This document shows positions 17,273-27,312 of a stretch of 50,424 nt of DNA, one piece after another (position 1 is the first letter of the stretch; each line of letters starts with the position of its first letter). The notes under the pieces were generated by a model. It ran no database searches, had not been told where the DNA came from, and saw nothing but the letters and a program-made list of their open reading frames with translations. This stretch comes from a virus. Lineage: Duplodnaviria; Caudoviricetes. The stretch is from the IMG/VR virus record IMGVR_UViG_3300037705_000022, positions 1 to 50,424 of that record; one strand, written 5' to 3'. The translations under genes were made by a program, and so were the position numbers.

Positions 17273-17707
17273 CTAGCTGCCGTAGTAAGCCCACACGCGA
17301 CCGCCGTCTTCGGTCGGTGTCAACTCGAAGTCGTACGTTCCGGCTCCGCCAAGCGGCGCGTTCTTTTTCGACTTGACGTAGCAGTCACCGTCGAACATCG
17401 TGGTGCCCAACGCATTGACGTATTTGAATGCTCGCGGCGTCGAGGTTCCTTGAGCGGCGAGCAACAGCGGCAGGCCGGGATCGGCGGTTTTCTCGTTGAA
17501 TTTGAACGTGATCTTCACCGCGATCTTGACCGGCGTTTGATCTTCGTGCGGGACGGCAGATCCGTCGCCGCGATCGGTGACTTCGGCAAAGGACGTCGTC
17601 GCGTCAATGTCGAGGTCAGTGATGCGCAGTAGTTGCGTTGCCGCAGCCGCGCCAGCCGCATCGTGGTAGAGCTTGTCTTTGTATCCTGGTTGTTTTACAG
17701 CCGTCAT
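17273..17707 (-). CDS. Major tail tube protein
   Basis: Synteny; AEVTDRGD and YDFELTP pattern, 144 aa. Confidence 0.7.
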   Translation of the reverse strand: MTAVKQPGYKDKLYHDAAGAAAATQLLRITDLDIDATTSFAEVTDRGDGSAVPHEDQTPVKIAVKITFKFNEKTADPGLPLLLAAQGTSTPRAFKYVNALGTTMFDGDCYVKSKKNAPLGGAGTYDFELTPTEDGGRVWAYYGS

Positions 17708-17732
17708 ATTGGCATTCCTTTTTGAATGGTGG

Positions 17733-18131
17733 TCACTGTCCGATTGATCCGGCCCAGCCGGCCGCAAAACGATCTACACTTACCTCGAGCGCCGGTCCCA
17801 TGAACGGCCGCTCGGGAAAATCTTCGCCCTTGAATTCGCCGCCGAATTCTTGAGCCTCGCCAGCCTGCCCCACGAAGCTGGCGATTGGTCCAATCACTGC
17901 GTCGATGGCATTCGAATCGAATCGAATAGCGCCGCGCAAATTGTGCCCGCCCTTGCCGCGGGTGTGCGGGGCGTCGCCGGGGCTTGATGGCTTCTTTGAT
18001 TTCTCGATCGATGCTTTCGCCGTTTTCGCAATGCTCGCCGCACCGTGGCCGAGACGCTCGAACGACGCTTTTTTTGCAGCGTCTCGCACTCGGCTCATGT
18101 GGTCTTCGATGGTGGCGGTGGCGCTAAACAT
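17733..18131 (-). CDS. HK97 gp10-like tail completion/neck protein
   Basis: SSPGDAPHT..G.LR..I, EFGG, PERPFMGPAL. Confidence 0.75.
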   Translation of the reverse strand: MFSATATIEDHMSRVRDAAKKASFERLGHGAASIAKTAKASIEKSKKPSSPGDAPHTRGKGGHNLRGAIRFDSNAIDAVIGPIASFVGQAGEAQEFGGEFKGEDFPERPFMGPALEVSVDRFAAGWAGSIGQ

Positions 18132-18628
18132 CACACATCCTCCGACCATTGGAATGTGAGACGAAGCCACCCGTAAAACAGCCCTTGTCGCAATTTTTTG
18201 TGGTCGACCAACAGTTTGACGGACGACGCTTGCCACACGGCCAGCGGCTCCGTGGCGAGGGCATTTGATTCGCGGCGCGAGACGAAGTATTCGTGCATCT
18301 CGACCAACAGATTAACGAGTGGATCGATCGCGGAATTATTCAACCGCCCGTTCACGTCGCGATCATCAGGCGCAAATCTACGGCGAATCGCCGCATCGAT
18401 ATCGACCATGTAGTCGAGCGAGTTCTGATCGTCCAAGGGAGCGTCTACCGCCGCCCTGAACACAACATCCACCGAAGGCGTTTCCTCCGACAGATCGGTG
18501 AACTTGTCGTCCCAATCGGGGTAGCGACGTGCCGCAGTCCAATCGTTTACGCCGAACGCATCGGCAGCCGCGCCAACATTTAGTTGGGCAGCTACCGCGT
18601 CGGCAATTCTGATCGGTACGGCTGTCAT
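18131..18628 (-). CDS. Tail terminator-like protein
   Basis: Size and synteny in the connector cluster. Confidence 0.55.
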   Translation of the reverse strand: MTAVPIRIADAVAAQLNVGAAADAFGVNDWTAARRYPDWDDKFTDLSEETPSVDVVFRAAVDAPLDDQNSLDYMVDIDAAIRRRFAPDDRDVNGRLNNSAIDPLVNLLVEMHEYFVSRRESNALATEPLAVWQASSVKLLVDHKKLRQGLFYGWLRLTFQWSEDV

Positions 18629-18993
18629 TGGATCCGTTTCGTGTGGACAAGATATTCGTAGCCTCCGGTCTGCAATTCAACCGATGGCTTCTGATCGTCT
18701 GGCGGCTGAATCTCGAAGACTTCGCTGCCTTCGGTGATGCGATCGCCTGTTCGCGGCTCGATCGTCACTGAATCAATCACGAGCGAGGCTACTGGCAAGA
18801 TGAAGTCGCGCATCGTGATGCGAACCTCCAAGCCGAACTCCTGGCCAATCGCGTGATGGATCTTGTCGTTGCGTCTCGCGGTGAAAGCCTCCGTCACATC
18901 AGCACCACGCGCGAACACAACCGATACGCCGAAGTGGTTTTCAAGCACTGGCGTCGAGGCAATCTGTCGCATGGTTTCGAATTGTGACGGCAT
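18625..18993 (-). CDS. Head-tail joining / head closure protein
   Basis: Follows the capsid gene; EPRTGDRI motif. Confidence 0.65.
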   Translation of the reverse strand: MPSQFETMRQIASTPVLENHFGVSVVFARGADVTEAFTARRNDKIHHAIGQEFGLEVRITMRDFILPVASLVIDSVTIEPRTGDRITEGSEVFEIQPPDDQKPSVELQTGGYEYLVHTKRIQ

Positions 18994-19070
18994 TGGTAAA
19001 ATCCAATCACCTTGGCGGCGACGTGGAGCATGTCACGCCGCCGCCATCGGCGAAGCAGCCAAGGGGTGGA

Positions 19071-20045
19071 TTAGGCTGTGTAAATGTTGCTGAGCAAGTC
19101 GGCCAATTCGAGATAGAGAATCTTTTCGTCGACGTCGTGTCGCACGCGTGTCACGTCCGAGCGATCTGGGTCAGAGTAGTACGACTCGACCGTGCCGCCT
19201 TGCTGCGAGCCGTCCGCGGTCCAGTGGAACGTGCGGCCGAGGCAGGGCTCTTCGATCGAATTGGATTCCGCGAGTTTTGCGACCATCGCATACTCGGGAT
19301 TCCAGATCGGCGACAAGGAAGCCGACTGGCCTTCGTCGGCAGTGTTGTAATCGCCGGCCGCAACGAGGATCTGCCGCAGGTCGAACACCGCCGCAAGCAT
19401 CGCCGGCGTGACGTCCGTTGCTTTGATCTTGTCGCCCGCGCCAGTCGCCGAGATGCGGTCAAGAATCTGGTCGCATTGACGCAAGTCGCGGAAGCCCGTC
19501 TTGGTTACGATCAGCGAATCAGGCCACACGCCGGTTGCCGTGTGGATGCGGCGAACCGATGCCTCAACATCGTCGATCGGCGTCGCGTTGGTGAAATCGT
19601 CCCACTCGTTCGTGATCGCCGTTGGCGTCAGGTTCGTCGTGCTGAAAAGGGCTTGCGAGATTCGCAATTCCGCCTCAAGCATGACTTGGTGATGAACCAA
19701 GCGAGCGGTTGCAACTTCGGCGTCGAAGTAGTTTTGGTACTTGCGAGAGTTGCGCTGATCGATCACGCCTTCTAGACCGTACTCTTCGGTCGCGTAACTG
19801 TCGGTCGTGAATTTCCATTGAACGCGGTTGTAGCCGCCGCTCGAAGTGCGCTTGACGTCGGCCCGCTTGAGCAACTGCTCAATCGGGATCTTGCCGATCG
19901 TGTCAGCCGCGAGCGACACGTCAAACAGCGGCATAACACGATAGCCAATGAACTGTTCGCGGTTCATCACGAGATCGTACTCAAGGAACGAACCGATGTC
20001 GGGGCGCAGATTGTCAATCGCGACGGATGGAGTCGGGGAAGGCAT
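19071..20045 (-). CDS. Major capsid protein
   Basis: 324 aa after protease and decoration genes; sequence pattern consistent with a lambda gpE-like capsid. Confidence 0.85.
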   Translation of the reverse strand: MPSPTPSVAIDNLRPDIGSFLEYDLVMNREQFIGYRVMPLFDVSLAADTIGKIPIEQLLKRADVKRTSSGGYNRVQWKFTTDSYATEEYGLEGVIDQRNSRKYQNYFDAEVATARLVHHQVMLEAELRISQALFSTTNLTPTAITNEWDDFTNATPIDDVEASVRRIHTATGVWPDSLIVTKTGFRDLRQCDQILDRISATGAGDKIKATDVTPAMLAAVFDLRQILVAAGDYNTADEGQSASLSPIWNPEYAMVAKLAESNSIEEPCLGRTFHWTADGSQQGGTVESYYSDPDRSDVTRVRHDVDEKILYLELADLLSNIYTA

Positions 20046-20139
20046 TGTCTAACCTCACTTGTCCCAAGTTCGGTTAGCTTGATTTGTAAAACCGGGGGTC
20101 TTGGTGGCCACCGCCACCCCCGGCGAACTTGGGTATTGG

Positions 20140-21183
20140 TTAGTTGCGCTGCGATTGCACGCGGACGCGATCGGCCCTCACGTCGGCGGTCGTGTCGTTG
20201 CTGGTTTTTTCAACCATGATGATCGGCGTCAATGCGCCGGTATAAGCGGAAATGTCAAACGTGGTGCCGGACAAGACGCGAGTTCCGTTGATGAAAAACT
20301 TCACGTCGGCCTTGTCGCAAATGTCGATCTTGAAGGTCGCGTAGGTGTTGTCGACGAGGTCAATCGTCGAATCGACCGGCGCGGTGTCGGTTGTCCCATC
20401 ATCGCTGTGACACAACACCGACAGCGCTGCCCCGTCTAAATGAAACGCGGCGAACGTAGCGATGGCATCGAAATCGGTTGCGTGATCGTCACTCGCCAGA
20501 CCGAAGTCAATGTCGAGCGCCGCGTCATCGCCGATATCGAAAATCGCCAAGCGGCATTCGAATACCGGGCTCTTGTCGATGTCGACAGGGCTGTTTTCCA
20601 TGAACAGCGTTGCCGTGGCCGCTTCCGCAACCGCGTCGAAGGCGAAGATCAGCACGCCGTTTGCTTCATCGCTCGAAATCACGCCGAGCCCGTTCGTCTC
20701 GGTCTTCGACCACGCATACGGGCCTTGGCCCGATAGCGCGGTTGCGGCTGCCGGCCAGTCGCCGATGAAGTCGTCGTCGATCACGAGATTGCCGTCGATC
20801 GCACCCAGGTTGTCGAGGTCGTCGGCTTCAACTTGCCGCAGCACTTCGATTACCGAGTTGTTGCCGCTGGCCGCTTCCATCGCAACGCCGAGATAGTTCG
20901 CGTTGACGGTCGCGCCCACCTTGCCGCCCGCGAATCCGTAGACGGCGGCGTGCGCTGTGATCGCTTCGCCCGCGACCATGCGGGTTGTGCCCTGCTTGTT
21001 TTTCAAGCAAACAGTCTTCCACTCGTCAGCGGCGAACGCTTCCTCTAGAAGCGTGCCAAGATCGCTATCCGTGTCGCCAGCAACCGCCAGCTTTCCGGCT
21101 GTTAGCTTGACTCGCAAGTCTTGGGCGATGGCCGCGCCGACTTGAAACGATTTCGTTGGGTGGTCAGTGTATTGGCCGGTCAT
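20140..21183 (-). CDS. Capsid decoration/cement protein with a large extra C-terminal beta domain
   Basis: N-terminal ~115 aa decoration-like (AGEAITAHAAVY...GVAMEAASGNNSVIEVL) plus ~230 acidic aa. Confidence 0.65.
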   Translation of the reverse strand: MTGQYTDHPTKSFQVGAAIAQDLRVKLTAGKLAVAGDTDSDLGTLLEEAFAADEWKTVCLKNKQGTTRMVAGEAITAHAAVYGFAGGKVGATVNANYLGVAMEAASGNNSVIEVLRQVEADDLDNLGAIDGNLVIDDDFIGDWPAAATALSGQGPYAWSKTETNGLGVISSDEANGVLIFAFDAVAEAATATLFMENSPVDIDKSPVFECRLAIFDIGDDAALDIDFGLASDDHATDFDAIATFAAFHLDGAALSVLCHSDDGTTDTAPVDSTIDLVDNTYATFKIDICDKADVKFFINGTRVLSGTTFDISAYTGALTPIIMVEKTSNDTTADVRADRVRVQSQRN

Positions 21184-21240
21184 GGTTTACCTCACGAGTT
21201 TTCTTGATCGATTTGAGTTGGTCGAATGTGAATGAACGAA

Positions 21241-22323
21241 TTAGCTGAGACGCTTACGGGCGTCGTCGCGATAGGCGGTCAAGTATTCTTGATGAAGGTC
21301 CGGCGATTCTGCGATCACGTTGGACATTGCACTCTGGCGATCCATGCCGAGCGATACCTTTTCTTTGACCGCGTCGTTAAATGCTGCGATCGGATCAGCT
21401 GCTGGGGTGGTATTGCCGCCGCCTGAGTTGATCGGATCAACGCCGGGCTTGCCGGGCTTGGCCTTGGATGCGGCAAGTTCCTGCGTCAGTTTCTCGGTCT
21501 TCTCGGCTTCCGCCGCCGCCTTAGCTTCGGCCTCGGTTCGCGATGCCGTCAGTTGCGTGATCCACGCATCTTTGACGTCGTCGATCGTCGCGGAATTTTC
21601 GAGTTGCGCGAGCACAAAATCAGCGGAACAACCAACGCAGGCCGCTTTGATTTCCTTGGACGTCGCAGGTACTTTTTCGGCTGGTTTGTCGGCCATTGCT
21701 TCGGGCTCCTTGTGTGGTTCGTGCGGATAAAACGCCGCAAGTTCGGTTAGAATTTCGGAGGGGATTGAGGAAAAGAACTCCGCAGTCATCGGAGATTTAT
21801 CCAACACGATCGTGTCGATGAATCCGGCTGCCTTTGCTTCGCGTGCGGTCATCCAGTGATCTTTGCCGCTCAGCATTTCGATCATCGCCGCGACCGGCCT
21901 GCCAGTTCGTGTCGCCAGCATTTCGGCAATGATACCGTTGGCCTTTTCGATCATGTCGGCCATGCCGCGATGTTGATCTGCGGTAACGGCTCCAGCGCCG
22001 CCGCTGGCACCGTGAATCATCAGCAGTGCGTTGCTGTGCATTCGCCGTTCGTCGCCGGCCTGCGCGAGTACAGCGCCCGCAGAGTAGGCTCCACCGATGA
22101 TCGTTGTAACGATTCGCTTGCCGGTTTCGCGAAGCATCCCGTACATGGCTTGCCCGTCGATCACGCTGCCGCCGAGTGTCGTGATGTTGACGTGGATTTC
22201 CTTGGCCGATCCCTCAACCGCGTTCAATTTGTCCTGGAAATCAGCCGACAAAACGTCCTTACCGATGCCGCCATTGACGTTCATCACCACCGCTTCGCCG
22301 ACGTTTTGAATATCAAGCGACAC
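21241..22323 (-). CDS. ClpP-like (S14) prohead protease fused to scaffold
   Basis: NITTLGGSVIDG, AYSAG (catalytic Ser), LMIH (His), DHWMTA.EA...GFID; helical C-terminal scaffold; GTG start after AAGGAG. Confidence 0.9.
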   Translation of the reverse strand: MSLDIQNVGEAVVMNVNGGIGKDVLSADFQDKLNAVEGSAKEIHVNITTLGGSVIDGQAMYGMLRETGKRIVTTIIGGAYSAGAVLAQAGDERRMHSNALLMIHGASGGAGAVTADQHRGMADMIEKANGIIAEMLATRTGRPVAAMIEMLSGKDHWMTAREAKAAGFIDTIVLDKSPMTAEFFSSIPSEILTELAAFYPHEPHKEPEAMADKPAEKVPATSKEIKAACVGCSADFVLAQLENSATIDDVKDAWITQLTASRTEAEAKAAAEAEKTEKLTQELAASKAKPGKPGVDPINSGGGNTTPAADPIAAFNDAVKEKVSLGMDRQSAMSNVIAESPDLHQEYLTAYRDDARKRLS

Positions 22324-23914
22324 TGGACGCTCCTTGCTTCTGTCTTTGGCTTTGCGATTCCAATTGATCGGCATCGGGAACGGTGACGGGCGTTGCACCG
22401 TACGGCTGCAAAATTTGCTGGAATGTAACCGGGTAGTCGGGGTACTTTCCTCGCAGGCGAGCGGCCTCTTTGATCGCTAGCTCGAGTAACGCCCCGTTGT
22501 CGGCGATGATTTCCGCGTCAAGTTCTTCGCCGTCGTAACCTTGCTCTGCTGCCCGGCGTCGGCGTGAAATCAAGCCTCTGGACGTACGCAAATCATCGGC
22601 CGCCGCGTCTTTGTTTGGCTCGATATATCGCCATGTCGGAGGATTCCAGCGGTGCCAAAACATCTTCTCGCCGAGCTTCAGGAACGCCGATCGGAGACGG
22701 TCACTTTCTTCCATCCACTGGCGAACTTTCCACTTGTAAACCGGCGTGTGAAAGCCTTCTCGGAGGTCCGCCTGGATCGTGCGAAACCGCATCCGAGCTT
22801 GATCGATCGCCCCGCGCCAACCGCTGAAATTCGTATTGCTCGGATCGAGCAACAGAACGGCAACAGGCAAGTCGAGATTGACCGCGATGAACGTCAGGAT
22901 CAATGTCGCGTGCGGGAAAAACTCAGGGTTTGGAATGTTCGGGCTGAATCCCGTTAGCTTCACACCGGGTGAGCCGGTGACTCGCATTCCGGGCGCCACG
23001 CCCTCGACCGTGCGTTGCGTTCCGTCGGCATTTGCCTCGGTCGTTTGTGAGCCCGTGCGAATCGTGCCGGGCTTCGCGCCGCCAGCGCCGATCGCAATAT
23101 CGAGTTCCTCGAAGATCGCAAAACACGAAGCCACCTGAGCTTTAACCAGCGTCGCGAACTGCAAATCGTCATGCATTCCGATCGCGTCGACCACTGGGGC
23201 GAACGCTGTCACTCCGCGACGCTGGCTAAATCGTGTCGGCAAGTACACGTGGAACACTTGGCGATTGCCGAGTTCGTCGCGCGCCTCCACTTGTTTGACG
23301 TCCGAGACCCTCGAAAGCGACAGAATCGGGTCAAGATCCTCTTTCGTTATCCAATATCGTTCACGACGAGCTGAATCTGCCATCTCCACCCCGTGAACGA
23401 CGTTTTTTCGCGTGTTGGACGGGGTCCGAAGACGATGAGCCTCGACCATTTGGAGCGATCCGAAGTCACGTAGAGGCAGCGCCAAAACGTCGCCATCGAC
23501 GATTACCGAACGCAGAACGAGCGATTCCATCTTTCGAAAGGTCTTTTCTCCCTCGTAATCGCACGCTTCAGGGTCGTTCGCCCACTCCGACCAGCGTTCG
23601 CTCAACTCTTTGTCAATCGACTTGTTGCCGGTGCGTACGTCCAGAGTGAAGCCATCTTGCACCACGTTCGCGCAGAGTCGATTCACACCTTGGCCGACAA
23701 CCATGTTGTCACGATCGAAGAATCGCGAGCGTTCAATCGCTCGAAGGAATTTCGTTTCGCTGCGGTAATGGTAATCCGCCCCGCTGCCACTGATTTGCAC
23801 GCCGCGCGGGGCCGGCCGATACCGTGTATTGGTGCCGGCTGCGTAGTCGTTTTTCAGTTCGCCGAATGCCTGGCGAAATGACTGCGATAGTTTTGGAGCC
23901 TCGAGCGCGATCAT
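22313..23914 (-). CDS. Portal protein, lambda family
   Basis: 533 aa between terminase and protease; DGDVL, QRRGVT.FAP, NFSGWRGA, YIEP.KD. Confidence 0.92.
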   Translation of the reverse strand: MIALEAPKLSQSFRQAFGELKNDYAAGTNTRYRPAPRGVQISGSGADYHYRSETKFLRAIERSRFFDRDNMVVGQGVNRLCANVVQDGFTLDVRTGNKSIDKELSERWSEWANDPEACDYEGEKTFRKMESLVLRSVIVDGDVLALPLRDFGSLQMVEAHRLRTPSNTRKNVVHGVEMADSARRERYWITKEDLDPILSLSRVSDVKQVEARDELGNRQVFHVYLPTRFSQRRGVTAFAPVVDAIGMHDDLQFATLVKAQVASCFAIFEELDIAIGAGGAKPGTIRTGSQTTEANADGTQRTVEGVAPGMRVTGSPGVKLTGFSPNIPNPEFFPHATLILTFIAVNLDLPVAVLLLDPSNTNFSGWRGAIDQARMRFRTIQADLREGFHTPVYKWKVRQWMEESDRLRSAFLKLGEKMFWHRWNPPTWRYIEPNKDAAADDLRTSRGLISRRRRAAEQGYDGEELDAEIIADNGALLELAIKEAARLRGKYPDYPVTFQQILQPYGATPVTVPDADQLESQSQRQKQGASSVA

Positions 23915-24189
23915 CCGCGTATCCCTTCGAAATCAGGGAACACGGTGCGGCCATAGACTTGATTGTCCGTGTCGTTGGCCGCGAGCCAAGATTCGGCGTT
24001 CGCGAGTTCTTGCGTCAAGAACTCCGGCGAGAATTCCGACTCGCGTCCGCTCTCCGAAGATCGCGTTGCGAAGCGTTTCAGCCGTCGGCACGCGACGATA
24101 AACGCCTTGCACTTGACGACGGAAGCTTCCGTCGAGTAGACGCTATTTTCGTCGTACGAATCGACTAAGCTGGAATAAAGTTCGGCCAT
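23911..24189 (-). CDS. gpW-like head completion protein
   Basis: Small ORF coupled just upstream of the portal gene. Confidence 0.5.
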   Translation of the reverse strand: MAELYSSLVDSYDENSVYSTEASVVKCKAFIVACRRLKRFATRSSESGRESEFSPEFLTQELANAESWLAANDTDNQVYGRTVFPDFEGIRG

Positions 24190-24231
24190 GCTCCCATTGT
24201 TGAAACGAAAGCGACTTCGTAAACGCCGAAA

Positions 24232-24642
24232 CTATCGGGCTGATTCGGGTTGATTCGGATTGTTTCGTGCCGCACTTTCTAGCAACCACCGAATAACGTC
24301 CTGATTCGAATCGACCAAACGCCGCTTCTCGGTGTGCGAGAAGCAAGTTTCATTCACCGTTCGTAAGCCGATCAGTAGTTCACGGAGACTTTTCGATTGC
24401 GCTCGAGTCAAGTAAACGTCAACGTGGATCGGGCGGTCGTTTGCGCCTGGAATCATTCGCCCGATCGGGACTGTGAATTCCATCGTCTCCACGCCCGGCG
24501 TGTCGAGGCTGCCCGGTTGAACAGAATTGTTTTCCGGCTTGGAATCATTCTGCGAAACAGGTGCCGTCTCCGAAAATCCCGCCGTCCCTGGCAAGGCTCG
24601 CAGCTCCGACCGCTGCCGACTCTGCTGTTGTACCTTGCTCAT
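24232..24642 (-). CDS. Hypothetical protein
   Basis: ORF with AGGAG RBS between terminase and gpW-like gene. Confidence 0.6.
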   Translation of the reverse strand: MSKVQQQSRQRSELRALPGTAGFSETAPVSQNDSKPENNSVQPGSLDTPGVETMEFTVPIGRMIPGANDRPIHVDVYLTRAQSKSLRELLIGLRTVNETCFSHTEKRRLVDSNQDVIRWLLESAARNNPNQPESAR

Positions 24643-24650
24643 TATCGCTC

Positions 24651-26750
24651 CTATCGCTCAGTGATTAAAAATGGCCGATCATCGCGCGTACGGAATATCG
24701 ATTCCGCTTGCGGCTGATCGCTTCTCTGGGGTTGCTCCACTTCGCCAAATCCAAGATACCGGCCGCCGACAAGGGCATAGCCCGCGCAGTCGAGCAGGTC
24801 GTGTCGGCCACGAGTCTGCACCCACTCCTCGACGATCTTGCCGCGCTCATCGCGGACTTGTCGCCGGACTTCCGCGGCAAGATGGCCGCAGAGTTTCGTC
24901 AAGTGCTTGTTGTCGACGACGCGCGGCAAGCTGATAGCTCCCGCGTTACCGGGCTCGACACGAAGGCCGGACTGAACGTCGAGCTTGCTCTTATCCGCGT
25001 CCAAGGTGAGTTGATAATAGCCACGTTCGCGAACGTACGAAGTGTGCCAACCGTCGCCAACGAACATCACGCGAGACGCCGCCTTGTCACTGCCGCCGAC
25101 ACGTTGCGGCGCGGTGTACTCGCGCGATTTGAATTGCGACTTCCCTCGACCAAGGATAGGCAGGCCGCCGCGTTTCAAGCAAACATCGAAGGCCACCTCG
25201 GGAAACCAGCCGCTATCGACCATGCGAATCTGCGGCTGAATCAGTTCGCCACGGCGTGGCAGGCCCTCATCGAGTTCGTCATAGATTCGATTGAGCGTCG
25301 CGCTGATCGCACTGGCAACCTCGATGCTCTGCGTGTCAGAGTTGCGAATCAGCGACGTGTCGACGCCCGCGAAGCTCACAATCTGGATCTCTCCGTTCTC
25401 GCGAAACGCGAGCCCGACGTACCAACAGGTAAACTTTCCAAGGTCGATGCCGACCGCATAGTGTTCCGTGTCATCAGGCAGCACGTTCAGCGGCCATCGC
25501 CCGCGGCGATTGTCACGAATCCACGAGGCCCGAAGCGGAACGAAGTCGAGCATCGGCGGCTCGTACGTCTGAGCGAATTTCTTCGTCGCCAGATACTTCG
25601 CCTTGTCGATTCCGACCGGCGATTCCGCGTCTAGCTGTGCTCCTTGCCACTCTTCGGCGCCAAGTTCCGCCGTCGTCACAAGCAGATTTTGAAACGCATT
25701 CACGCGAAAGAACAGCCTCGCAACCTCGGGGACCGGACCGTTGACGACGCCATCGGGGCCGACAGATTGGCCGCGATGAACGAGACGGCACCGCCTGGCC
25801 GACTCTTGCCGCTCCTGCTCGCCGAAGACGTGTTGGCACTTGGGGCATTGCCATCGTGCCGATCGAGCCGCCTCCAATTCGTTCGCCGCATCTTGCCATC
25901 CAGTGAGATGTTCGCGATCGAACAGCGAATACTCCGAGCATTTCGGGCACGGTGAATAAATCTCGCTCTCCGTGCTGATCGGCGGGGCCTCGGGATCTTC
26001 GGTGTTGCGCAGAGTCCACGGCAGCTCCCGCTTGCTGGTCAACGTCCCTTCGCCGAAAAATCGCCGATTCGTGGTCAGGTTTCCGGCTGCATCGAAACGA
26101 TTGTAAGCACCCTGCCGAGCCTGTAGTTCGCCGAACGGATCACCGTCGAACCGATAAAGCTCGGTCACCACGATCACCCGGGCCGTGTATCCCGACCGCG
26201 TATGCTCGCCGCCGCTCGGAGTGAATGGCTTCAGTTCGCAGCTATTGCCGAGGCTCACGGCTTCTTTCGGCTTGCCGCCCTGGCTGCCAGTGCCTCGCCG
26301 CGGCTGCAGCTCGCGCAGCTCCGGCGACGCCATGATCACCGGCAAGATATCGATCGCCCACTTGTCTCCCCACATCTCTTCGTCAGGCAAAGCAACGCCG
26401 GTATTCTCGCGCAATTCGCAGACAGCCCACAGCAGCGGAATGACGAACATAACGAGCGTTTTGCCGCCCTGCGCGGGGCTTGTGCCGATAATTTCCGGCC
26501 AGCAACCGTTGTCGATCAGGTCGAAGAAAAGAGCCGTCCAGGGCTGGCGATCAACGGTGAAGCGAAAGCCCGCGTAAGGTCCGTCCGGGATGATCACGCA
26601 TTGCTCGGCAAACTCACGAATCGAACGCACTGGACGTGACAGAGAGCGCATCGCAGCACGAGCAGCCGCGTCGCGCAGTGTCTTTTTGCATGTGTCTCGG
26701 AATCTTGGCACAATGGCAATCAGCGAATTAACTCCACTCGATTGAATCAA
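24651..26750 (-). CDS. Terminase large subunit, lambda gpA family
   Basis: Walker A SPAQGGKT; CPKC...CPKC Zn motif; nuclease GIDLG, VDSG, HDLLDC. Confidence 0.92.
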   Translation of the reverse strand: MIQSSGVNSLIAIVPRFRDTCKKTLRDAAARAAMRSLSRPVRSIREFAEQCVIIPDGPYAGFRFTVDRQPWTALFFDLIDNGCWPEIIGTSPAQGGKTLVMFVIPLLWAVCELRENTGVALPDEEMWGDKWAIDILPVIMASPELRELQPRRGTGSQGGKPKEAVSLGNSCELKPFTPSGGEHTRSGYTARVIVVTELYRFDGDPFGELQARQGAYNRFDAAGNLTTNRRFFGEGTLTSKRELPWTLRNTEDPEAPPISTESEIYSPCPKCSEYSLFDREHLTGWQDAANELEAARSARWQCPKCQHVFGEQERQESARRCRLVHRGQSVGPDGVVNGPVPEVARLFFRVNAFQNLLVTTAELGAEEWQGAQLDAESPVGIDKAKYLATKKFAQTYEPPMLDFVPLRASWIRDNRRGRWPLNVLPDDTEHYAVGIDLGKFTCWYVGLAFRENGEIQIVSFAGVDTSLIRNSDTQSIEVASAISATLNRIYDELDEGLPRRGELIQPQIRMVDSGWFPEVAFDVCLKRGGLPILGRGKSQFKSREYTAPQRVGGSDKAASRVMFVGDGWHTSYVRERGYYQLTLDADKSKLDVQSGLRVEPGNAGAISLPRVVDNKHLTKLCGHLAAEVRRQVRDERGKIVEEWVQTRGRHDLLDCAGYALVGGRYLGFGEVEQPQRSDQPQAESIFRTRDDRPFLITER

Positions 26751-27198
26751 TCATGTCGTTGACTTTCTTCTGCGCGTCTCGTCCGCTGATCGGAATTGCC
26801 GATCGTCCGAAGTCCTCACCGAGTTCGCGGAGACCGTCAGCGATGCGTCCCAATAGAGCCTCGACCATGTCGGCCGGGCAGAGTCGGCCCGCTCGCTCTT
26901 CGGCTTGCATCTCTTTCAGATCAGCTTCTGCTCGGAGCTTGCGGGCCTTGTCGCAAATGTCATCGGGGTCAATCTCCACTTGCCGCCGGCCGTCGATGTC
27001 GCGAGACCATGCGACCACTTTCGAAATATCGTACGAACCATCGGCGTTCGTCGGCGCGGACTTATCGCGCAGTGTCCGAGTCGCGAGCCCCACGGCCCAC
27101 GCAGCGGCACCCTGGCAGCACGATTCCATAACGGCCCGCTGCTGAGCGTTCCCGAGTTTTTTCGTCTTGGCGGGCATGGTGAGGGACTGGAGTGGCAC
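26728..27198 (-). CDS. Terminase small subunit, Nu1-like
   Basis: N-terminal wHTH (QGAAAWAVG...YDISKVVAW) plus coiled coil; overlaps terL. Confidence 0.8.
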   Translation of the reverse strand: MPLQSLTMPAKTKKLGNAQQRAVMESCCQGAAAWAVGLATRTLRDKSAPTNADGSYDISKVVAWSRDIDGRRQVEIDPDDICDKARKLRAEADLKEMQAEERAGRLCPADMVEALLGRIADGLRELGEDFGRSAIPISGRDAQKKVNDMIDSIEWS

Positions 27199-27312
27199 AA
27201 CGAAAAAATGTCATTCACGAAAAAACGACAGGATGGGGATGGGATGACCTGCGCCCCTCCCTCCCGGAGGAACCTACGATGCGATGCCCGGGGGGGGCCT
27301 CATTTCGATACA

